The position numbers were made by a program, and so were the translations under genes. From the human T2T-CHM13v2.0 reference genome, Homo sapiens, in assembly GCF_009914755.1 (NCBI RefSeq), contig NC_060947.1: a stretch of 64,000 bases of DNA, one strand, 5' to 3'. The notes below the pieces were generated by a model. The model saw nothing but the letters and a program-made list of their open reading frames with translations, was not told where the DNA came from and made no database searches. The stretch's first letter is position 1, and each line of letters begins with the position of its first letter. Shown here in pieces: positions 24,900 to 35,117 of the stretch.

Positions 24900-27270
24900 G
24901 CATTCTGAAGAAGCAGCAGAACTCATTCCTGCAGAAAACTTTCTTACCTTCAGAACAAATGAGGCTCTATAGAGCTCCGTCACCACCAGCCCTGCTGTCA
25001 GCCCTGGAAGATCCCAGGAAGGGGAGGCCAACTGACTCTGGCAGTGCATCCTCACTCCTCCTCAGGAGACTGGGAGGTAAGGGTGTTGGTTTTCGGAACA
25101 GAAGCCTCAGATCAGCAATGGATCCCAGGCCCTGATTGCAGCCAAGGGGTTGACCACAGCATGAGGACCCATGTTGTACTAAAGCCAGATAGAGTGGGCC
25201 CTGGAGTCTGGCTGGCCCCTGCTGTCATCCCCTGGAGACCCCAGGCAGGATGAGATTCCTCAACTTCCCCATCAGAGGTCTCCTGGAGGTGAGAGCCATG
25301 GTCTGAGGGGTCAGGACTCAGATTAGTAGAAAAGAGAAAGTCTATTCCATTCCAGGAATCACGGTGAGGACCCCGAGTGAGTATTCAGGGGATCAGTCGC
25401 TCTGGAGCAGAGAGGATGCCAGAGTCCCACCCCTGCTGTCGGCTCTGGAAGGCCTGGGAAGGGCTAACAAGATGAAATGTTTCCTTGCTTCCCTGCAGGT
25501 GTCTCAGGATGGTGAGGCCTTGGGTAAGTGGTGGTGGAGGACTCAGTTCAGCAGAAGGGAGGCCACCCATTCCCTGCCAGGTACCAAGGCACAGACCCTG
25601 GATGAAGATGAAAGGCACAACCCACCCCAGAACAGAGGGGGTCCCACAAAATCTGACTTCTGTGGTCAGCCATGCAAGGCCCCCAGTAGGGCTATCTCAC
25701 TGAGGCCTCCACTGGCTTTCTCCTAAAGAGGCTCTCTGTGTGGCTCAGACTGGATCTAAGGGGTTGACCTCAAGTGAGCAGAAAGAGGAGACCCAGGTCC
25801 TCCTAGAAGTCTAGCTGAGGAGTCTGAGGGAGGATGGAGGAGACCAAGCAAACCAGAAGGTGCAGAGACCCTCACCTGTGCTATCTGCTCTCAGAGGCCC
25901 AGGGTAGAGGTTACTGGAAGACAGGCATGATCACTTCCTCCTCGGTGTTTTCTCTGCGGTGGGGCCTGACAGCAAAGGCATCAGGTCAACAGAGGAAGGA
26001 ATCTCAGATCCTACCAGGAGTCAAGGTGGAGACCTGCAAAGTTCAGCAGCCCCCAAGACCACCCTCACATCTGACACCAACTGCAAATTCGGGTGTCCCC
26101 AAGCCCCACCTCAGGTTTGATAATGTGCTAGAAGGACTCACAGAACTCACAGAAAGCTGGCATACTCATGGTTATGGATTATTACAGTGAAAGGATACAG
26201 ATTAAAATCAGCCAGGAGAAGAGGCACACAGGGCAGAGCCCAGGGAGTTCCAGGCACAGAGCTTCCAGCGTTCCTCTCTGTGTTGAGTCCCAGACAGCAC
26301 TAACTTCTAGGTATGACAGTACACATGGAGTATTGCTAACTCCAGAAGCTCACCTGAGCCTTTGTGCCCATTGTTTTTATTGAGACTGAGTCGGGTTGAC
26401 GTGGTTGACCACCCACACAACTAACTTCGAGCATTAGCACCTCTGGAGGCCAAGCGAATACCATGTGACCCAAGGCTGCCATCATAAGTCATTTTCAGCA
26501 CAGCCTATCCAGTGCGGCCCAAGGTTTCCAGATAAACATGGACACGATGATCAGGCAAGACATCCCAAGGGCTTAGAGACTGCCTCCCAGGAGCCACGGC
26601 CAGACCTCTCTCTGGGCAAGGATTTTTCTCTAGGCATTTCCTTGGACAATGTAATCTTTTACCACAAGGTACAATAGAAGAACTAAGGGGGCCTCCCATG
26701 CCTGACCAAAGGGATCTCTGCACAACTCCAGCCCTGCCCTCAGTCTCAGAGACCCTGGCAGGGCTGTTTAGCTAAGAACCCTGTCGCTTCTTCTTCTAGA
26801 CTCTCAAAGAGTTGAGGGCTTGATTTGAAGGGGTTGATCCTAGGTCAGCAGATTGGATGGAGCTAAGGCCCTCCCTTTAAGTTGAGGTAAGAACCCTTAT
26901 TGAGAATTGAGGAGACCACCACCTCAGATTAGAAGAGAACCAGCACAGTCTGGCCCCTGCTGTTCACTCTGGGAGTCCCCCACCCTCACTCTCTTCTCAG
27001 AGATAATAGGAAGTGAGAGCCTTAGTCTGAGGGGACAGTCCTCAGGTTGGCAGATGGCAGGGAGTGCAGGCCCTGCCTGGAGTCAAAGTGAAGACCCTGA
27101 GCGAGAATGGAGGGCACCACTCACCCCATCACATGGTGGACTCCACAGAGTCCCATCCCTGCTGTAATCCCTGAGCCTTAGCAGCTCCTGGGAATGGCTT
27201 CATTGAGCCTGAGGCATCCCTCCACCTCCTTCTTGGGGTCTCGGGTCTCAGGGTATAGGCCAACAATGTA
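24900..27270 (+). promoter_or_regulatory. Degenerate ~220-bp tandem array of MAGE-type promoter/non-coding first-exon units (about 8 units)
   Basis: Recurring CCCTGCTGTCAGCCCTGG-like motif at ~24991, 25217, 25431, 25658, 25876, 26732, 26955 and 27157, each followed by GGTGAG-type and CCAGGAGTCAAGGTGAGGACCC-type motifs as found upstream of MAGE genes. Confidence 0.75.
26036..26674 (-). mobile_element. MER21-family LTR inserted in the MAGE upstream array
   Basis: 'ccaagaccaccctcacatctgacaccaactgcaaattc...ctagaaggactcacagaactcac...gaaaggatacagattaaaatcagcc'; its length accounts for the extra ~640 bp between array units 5 and 6. Confidence 0.78.
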
Positions 27271-27962
27271 TGCAGGGCATTTCTCACTGTGAGCACTTTC
27301 AGCACCCAGGAATAGAGCTCAGGTGTTTCATGGATCCTGCCAAGTACAGTCTCAGTGTCCAGGAGCATGAGGGATTTAGGTAGCCATGACTCATGAGACT
27401 GAGGTGCACCCCGGAAGGATAAATCCACCCCAGTCCTCCTGGATATTCCCACCCCTCCACAGGAAGTAGGGAGAGATGGTTTTAAATTCTCTCCTAATTC
27501 TACTGCTGGTATTTGGGAGTTTGTGGTTGGAGGATAAACTTGAGCTTTCTCTGTTGAGGGTGGAGAGTGTGGGGGTTTGACGGGGACAGCCTCAGATTGA
27601 GCAAGACAGGCCCTTCCAACTGCCAAGGCGATGACCCCTGAATACAGGCTGAATGTGCCACCATCTGATGCTCCTCTCTCAAGGCTGGGAAGCCCAGAGA
27701 ATGACTGCTTGCTACTGAGGAGCTAGTTCACTCTATCCTCTAGGGTCTCAGGGAATAGAGTGAACAGAAGGACCAAAGCATGGGTCAGTATTCTAAAGCA
27801 CAAATGGCAGAGACAGCCTTCCTTCAATCCATGGGAGAGATTGCTTGCTGAGGCCCCTCACGTGTCCCTCACTCCATCCTCCTCCTTCCTCCCTGCTCCT
27901 CCTCTGGGGCCCCATGTCCTGCCCTCCTGCCCACATTCTTATCAAGGCCCCTGAGCAGAGTC

Positions 27963-28999
27963 GAGCTTGGGGCTCAGAAGAGTTGAAGCAGAGCCCACAA
28001 GAAACACTGCCAGGCCTGAGGTGAGAACCAGGCTCTTGAGGCTGAGGAGGAGGCCTTCTCCCCACTCTCCTGTTATCAGATCACAGGCTGCTAAGGGGAA
28101 ACCTGCTGGTGGGACACTCAATGCTCCTCCATGTCCTTGGAATCCCCGTTTCACCTCCACTGCCACCTTACCTCCCTCAGGGAACAGCTCAGGTGAGGGA
28201 GCAAGCAGCCACGAGGAAAAGCAAGGGCCCCACCCCTTTCTGAGTTCAGGCCCAGGGACCTCTTGAGCAGTAATGTGGCTGAGTTGGAGGTGTTCCTGCT
28301 GCTCGAGAACCAGAAGAAGGAACCCACACAAAAGGCAGAAATGCTGAAGCATATCATCCAACAGCAAATGGATCACTTCCCTGAGGTCCTCAGCAAAGCC
28401 TCTGAGAGCCTAGAGTACTCTTTGGCCTTGAGTTGAATGAGGCGAACACAGATGCCAGGAAGCAATGTGACATCCTCATCAACAAAGTAGAACTTTCCTC
28501 TGCTGAGGGACTGAGTGAGTAAAGACTGGGGCTTGCTCCAAACTGTTATTCTAGACCTAGTTTTCATGGAGGGCAACTTTGCTCCTGAAGAGGACATCTG
28601 GAATATGCTGAGAGAGTTGAAGATGCTGAGGGGAAGCACATCATTTCTGAAAGTCCCAGAAAGCTTTTCGTTGAAGATGTTTTGCAGCAACAATATCTGA
28701 ATTTGAGGCAGATGCCCAACAGGGATCCTATATGCTACAAATTTCTGTGGGGCCCTCATGACCACACTGAACCCAAAACCGTGTACATTTTGGGGTTTGT
28801 GGACAAAATTATTCACGTTGACTTCTGGTCCTACAGTTCAGTGTGCAAAGAGGTCCTGAGAGAAAATCAGGACAAAGTCCAAGCCAGGATTTCAGGGAAT
28901 AGGGGTACTAATGCCATGGAGTGTGCAGGGGTCAGGGCCATTGCCAGTTGTACAACTGGTGCCAGTGCTATGGCCAGCAGGAAACATAAGTCAGGCTGA
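27963..28999 (+). pseudogene. MAGE-B-like (melanoma antigen family B) pseudogene, single coding exon with MAGE homology domain
   Basis: MAGE start context (CCCTGAGCAGAGTC) with the ATG lost. N-terminus QKS*SRAHKKHCQA*GENQ resembles MAGE-B MPRGQKSKLRAREKRRQARGETQ, with TGA stops at 27984 and 28017. Homology-domain segments: SGEGASSHEEK; VAELEVFLLL..QKKEPTQKAEMLK..DHFPEVLSKASESLE; GLLQTVILDLVFMEGNFAPEEDIW; PRKLFVEDVLQQQYLNLRQMPNRDPICYKFLWGP. At least 5 frameshifts. MAGE-B-like 3' UTR to ~29107. Confidence 0.93.
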
Positions 29000-29107
29000 G
29001 GCAGGTAATTCACTCTGTTTTTAAAGTAGGCACTCAAATATGCTGTAGTGAGAAGTAGTGAATAGCTGCATGTGTGAGGGGAACACAAATGGTGTTCCAT
29101 TGCTGTT

Positions 29108-29262
29108 CGCTATGGACTGAATTGTGTATCCCCAGCATTTATATGTTGAAGCCCTAACCCCCAATGTGACTTGGAGGTAGAGCCCGGAAGAAGGTAATTA
29201 AGGTTAAATGAGGTTGTAAGGGTGGAGCCTTAATTCAATAGGATTATTGCCCTTCTAAAAGG
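29108..29262 (+). mobile_element. MLT1A-type LTR 5' fragment
   Basis: GCTATGGACTGAATTGTGT...TATATGTTGAAGCCCTAACCCCCAATGTGAC...GGTTAAATGAGG. Confidence 0.85.
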
Positions 29263-32200
29263 GTAGTAAAATGTCCGGCTGACAAAAGGCCGAGTGGCAA
29301 TGCCTTCTGGAGTGGGGATCATGTATTCTAGAGGAAAGAGTTTTAGGGACCCTGAATAGGGTTGGGCGAGGAAGGTCTACAGATATCTAAATATAGGAAT
29401 ACATGGAATTCCTTTCGTGTGACATAAAATGTCTGCTATACATAAGATTCTACACTTCTATCTTTAACAGAATTGTGAGGTATGCAAAAGGACTGGGTAT
29501 ATTAGATTTAAATAAGCAAAGCAAAGGTATGTGTCCTGCTTTCATAAGCTAATAACAACTCTGAAAACCTCTAAAGCAATGAGTGTAATGAGCACTATGT
29601 GGGGAGTGTAAGCTTTCATCTGGATATAGGCCTGGTCTGGAGTCTCAGGGGAAGCAGTTTCCTGTAGCCGTGGGCTTCTTCTCATCCTGGTGTTGGAGCT
29701 CCAGGCATCTTGCATTTGGTATCAGGTATTGGGGCTGAATTCCAGACGTCTGCATGTGCCTTTTGTAGGTGGGATATGTGGATCCAGCAGTCAATGACCT
29801 GTAACTTAGCAACACATAGTTGAGTCAGGAGTACCAGGAATGGACCTTTGCTGCGGGGCTTGAGGAAGTTTTTTAGCTGGCGTCTTTTCTAGTAAATGAA
29901 GTCTCCTAGCTAGAGTTCATGATATCAGAGTTCATCTTTTGATGGACGACCATAGAAGGATTCCACAACCAGTTTATGGCGAGTTGTTAGAGCCTGAATG
30001 AGTCCTTGGCAGTAGGTCAGGAGGTCTCCTTGTAACTGAGTAGGGTAAAACATTCCCTCAGTTAAATGCATGGGATGGCCTGCGACAATCTCAAAATGGG
30101 AGAGGTGGTGTTTTCCAGAGGGGGTAGACAGCAGGATCAGTAGAGCTAGACGGAAAGCCCTAGGCCACGACAGATTAAGAGTGTTTGTAATCTCAGGCAA
30201 TGGGCTCTTTATTATTCCATTGATTCATTCTACAAGCCCAGAAGACTGTGGGCAGTAGGTGGATGGAAGTGTTACAGAATAGGCCAGACATCACAAACTC
30301 ATTCTAATGCTTGGCTAGTAAACTATGTTCCTCAATCACTGTGGAGTTCAGTAGGAACTTCCCAAGTGGGGATAATTCTTTCAAAAAGAATTTTGGCTAA
30401 TACGGCCATGATTTGTTTGTAAGCAAAGGCCTCTACCCAATGGGAATACATACCTATCATCTCAAGTACATACTTGCACCCAAGTGAGGAGGGGTACTTA
30501 GATAAAATCAAGTTGCCAGCTTGCAAAAGGGCCATTTGGCAAGGGGAATTCTTTGGGGGCAGCCTTTGGGAGCTTCCCAGCATTATACAAAGAACAGATT
30601 TTGCAACATTTATAGATTTGAGAAGCAACCACTGGGAGAAGACCCCAATTGTACTGTTTTCCCCACTGGATTATTTTGTAAAGGCTCCAATGGGTGAGGT
30701 TATGTTTAAAGGTATGAGTGGCCCTTTGTAAATTTTCTGGAAGGACAGGATGAATGTTAAGCCTCTTCCATAACTGAGATTATGATTTGTAGGTATAACC
30801 CTGTTTTGCCCATTTTTTCTTTTTTTCTTTTTTTTTTTTTTGCCATCTGTGGACATCTTTTGAGACCTTGAGAGTCTGGAGAAAAGTTTTTTGGAAGGTA
30901 CAAAAAACTTCTGAGAAGAAGCCTCAGGCAGAGTATATCAAGGTTGTGTCATCAAGGAGAAATTAGGGATCCAAGCTCTATGGCAGACCACAAGTCCCCA
31001 GAAACCCCTAAGTTACCTTTTAGTATTGGGCAAGGGAAAAGAATATATGCCTTGAAAGCAGGTGAAGTCAGTGTTTACTCTTGATGCCCAAGGAGCTTGA
31101 TGGAGTCCCAGCAAAAATGTCATTTGTCTTAGAGCCTTGTGTGCCTTAAGGGCTAGCTGGTGAAGTAAGAGGCGAGTGTCAGTGTGGCAAGCCTTTTGAG
31201 AGAGGGAGCATAAAAGCAAGTCATCAATGTATTGTAATGGAGTCAAATTATCTGGGAAGGTTATTTCTTTTAGGTCAGCCTGCAGAATCTGGGAAAGGTG
31301 GGAAGGGCTTTTGGTGTATCCTTGGGAAAGCACCATCCATGTAAATTGTTAGCCTTTCCAAGCAAAGGCAAAAAGAAACTGACTTTTGGGGCCGACAGGA
31401 GGACTGAAGAAGGTGCCGCAGAGATCAATAGTGGAGAAACAGTGAGTGTCAGGAAGAATCGTGGGTAAGAGTGGTTGTGGATTAAGTACAACAGGGTATC
31501 AGGGACAGACAATGTTGTGGATAGCTCTAAGATCCTGGATGCATCTCCGTCCCTTCATATTAGGCTTACAGACTGGCAGAACGGATGTGTTACAAGGAGT
31601 GGTGTAGAGGACTATGAGTCCGTGGAAAATGAAACCGCTGACTATAGATTCTATATCAGCCTAAGTTTCAGAATTGAGGGGACATTGTTTTAAATTTGGA
31701 AGAGGACTGTTAGTGTCTATCTGTATAGAAATAAGTGATGCTGAATGGAACAGGCCAACAACTGCATCCACTTTCACCTAAAGAGTTTCAGGCAGTTGTT
31801 TTAGAATTGGGTGTTCAGTGACAACTGCATAGCTAGAAACTAGCAGGGAGGAGATATGAGTGACACTGGAGGCTGAAACCTTGGCTGGGGAGACTTCTAA
31901 GACGATATCTCCCCTCTGGGTGAAAGAAATGTGGGCTTGGTGTCTTTGAGAACGTCTCTCACTATCAGGTGGATTGGGGCAGAGAGGACAACAGCAAACT
32001 GTGTTGGCCGGCAAGGGGCCCTAATTGATAAGAAACTGACTCAGACTTAAAGGCGGTCATAGTTTGGTTAGTGACCCTCACTATTTCAATTGTTTGATTA
32101 CTCTGAGGGGGGTTTGAAAAGGAGTTGAGGGTAAGCACCAAGAGCAGAGCTCCAGTGTTGACTAGAGCTTGGATCAATTTGCTGTTGATTTTAAGACCAC

Positions 32201-32990
32201 CTTCTCCTACTTAGTTAGGAAAGGAAAAAATCCCCCTCATTTCCCCCAGAGAGTCCTCAGTTTTATCCAACAAAAACTTCTTACAATTTCTCACGAGTAG
32301 GAGGGGTTCCTTGCCTTACTTGGGTATTTCTGAAGCCATTGTTTGTATTTTTCCCAATCTCATTTTATATATTCAGGACCCTTACAGGAAAAGCAAATCA
32401 TGCCCTTTAAAGTAGACAAGGCTACTGCTTTCTGTCTATTTTGTGGGGCTTGCTGATTTGAGGCTTTGAGTTGTTGAATATGTAAGGCCACAAGTTTAGT
32501 AGTCTTTTCCTCATTTCTGCTTTAGCCTCTTTTTCTTTTTGCATGGTTTTTGAGAGGCATTCAGCCAGGGAAGCTATTTCCTGGGGTCTCTTGAAGCTTA
32601 GTAGGGATTATATTGTTTAGCTAAAGTACTAAGGGCTTCATTGAGACCTGAAAGGATAAGTGAATTTTAAAAATTTACTGTATCATCAGTTAGATCTTTG
32701 ACACCACAGTTCTGTTGGCAAGTTTTTAAAAATCAGTCAAAATAGTCACAAACAGGTTTTCTTTCTGAACGCATCACAGAATAGCCTTCTGGTTACTTTT
32801 TTTCTGGAAGGAGCATTGGAATGGATTTAATCAATTTAGCGGGAATTTTTCCCACTGTCTTGAAGGCCCTTTCACCAGTAAGATGAAAATCTTCTTGGGG
32901 CCTATCTCAGTTACATAATCCAATCTTCAGACCCACTTCACTCACTGCCTGGACTGAGACAAATGTCTCTTTCTATTCAGATCCAGTTTT
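29263..32990 (-). mobile_element. Class I (ERV1, gamma-like) provirus interior: partial gag, pro, RT, integrase and start of env; no LTRs; RNase H region apparently deleted
   Basis: Protease ALVNTGA (ORF 31965-32177); RT SQGYTKSP...LQYIDDLLL (ORF 31013-31336); integrase CKYVL...SHWVEAFA...IIPTWEVPTELHSD (ORF 30332-30628) and STPSGKHHLSHFEIVAGHPM (ORF 29925-30200). Confidence 0.88.
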
Positions 32991-33224
32991 CTTTTTCTGA
33001 AACTGTTCTTCAGATCATCCCTTCATTTCACAACCTTGGCAGATCTAAAGAGCAGAGGTGACTCCAAGCTGGAGCTTCCCACCATCTTCTCCTGAGCAGA
33101 TGCAGACCCATCATTCACCACAGGAACACCCCGGGCTGATGCTGTGCTTCTCCTCAGTGTAGCCCACCAGGAGCAGCACAGACCCACCCACCCACCTCTG
33201 GTGATTTCAACCTGATAGTGGTTA

Positions 33225-33400
33225 AATACTCCTTTACAAACACAAATTTTGTCATGTCACTCTCCTGACTTAACTTTGCCAATGGTTTCCCACTGGCCTT
33301 AGAACAAGGACCACAGTGCTGACCATAGCCCCCTGACACCGAGTGCTCCTGCCTGCTGCCCTCTCCCTTCCAGTCCACCCCAGTTGCCTGCCATCTAGTC
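33225..33400 (+). mobile_element. L2 fragment
   Basis: 'tcatgtcactctcctgacttaac...caatggtttcccactggccttagaacaa' is a typical L2 3' segment. Confidence 0.6.
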
Positions 33401-33777
33401 TGCTCTCTTGGGGACACAGCAGACTCTAGGGTATCTGGGGGATTGCATACATATTCTTTCAACCCATTCACCCAAAGCCCACTCTTACCACATTTTCTAA
33501 GACTTTGTGCAGCTAAATCCTTAAAGGATCATGAAATTTCATATTATGAAAATTTCATAATGTCATTATTCAAAAGACAAAAAAAAAGTTACTTGGCAAA
33601 TCATCTGTGAGAATAACCCTCAATTTATAAAGCAAGAAAATAGTAGCTGAATACCGAGTCCATATTTGGGATAATTAGTAGAGAAATGCTGAGTGAAAGC
33701 CAAATTGAAAGAAAATTGATCATTAAAATTTCATAAGAATTGAATGGAGAGTATATTACCTTGTTGTATTCTTACCC

Positions 33778-33832
33778 GTGTGTGTGTATATATGTGAGTG
33801 TGTGTGTGTATGTTTACGTGTATATATATATA
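33778..33832. repeat. Compound (TG)n/(TA)n microsatellite
   Basis: Directly visible. Confidence 0.85.
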
Positions 33833-34139
33833 GACCCGTTGCAAGATATTTTAGGTTTAGACACTGATGTGTACATGATCAGTCAATACAGTTAACTGAT
33901 AAAATGTCACAGTCCACATCCTGACAATCTATATAAATATTTAAAACAACTTTGTTTATACAATTAACAATTAGTACAGGAAACAGATAATTGTTCAGAT
34001 GACTTATTAATATTTATGGATATTGAAATGCAGTAAAAAGGTGTGATTATTATATCAAAGCTTTGTTATGGGACTTAGGGCAAGTACACATCCAACACTA
34101 AAATTGCAATGCATCTCAATGAACCAAATGGCTGCCTCT

Positions 34140-34154
34140 GTCGCCCCCTGATGG
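34140..34154 (-). promoter_or_regulatory. Candidate CTCF binding motif
   Basis: Minus strand reads CCATCAGGGGGCGAC, close to the CTCF core CCASYAGRKGGCR; CpG retained. Confidence 0.5.
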
Positions 34155-34198
34155 ATGGCAAATTCTTGTCCCCATGGACCTTCACTGAAAAACATTAG

Positions 34199-35117
<919 letters not shown>

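Noticed and set aside
24900-27270. Periodic motif array as a CRISPR-like or prokaryotic system
   Set aside because: The context is mammalian, whole units are homologous rather than repeat-plus-unique-spacer, and there are no cas genes.
28682-28999. 105-aa ORF as a functional truncated MAGE protein
   Set aside because: It starts at TTG, covers only the end of the MAGE homology domain and lies within a multiply disabled pseudogene.
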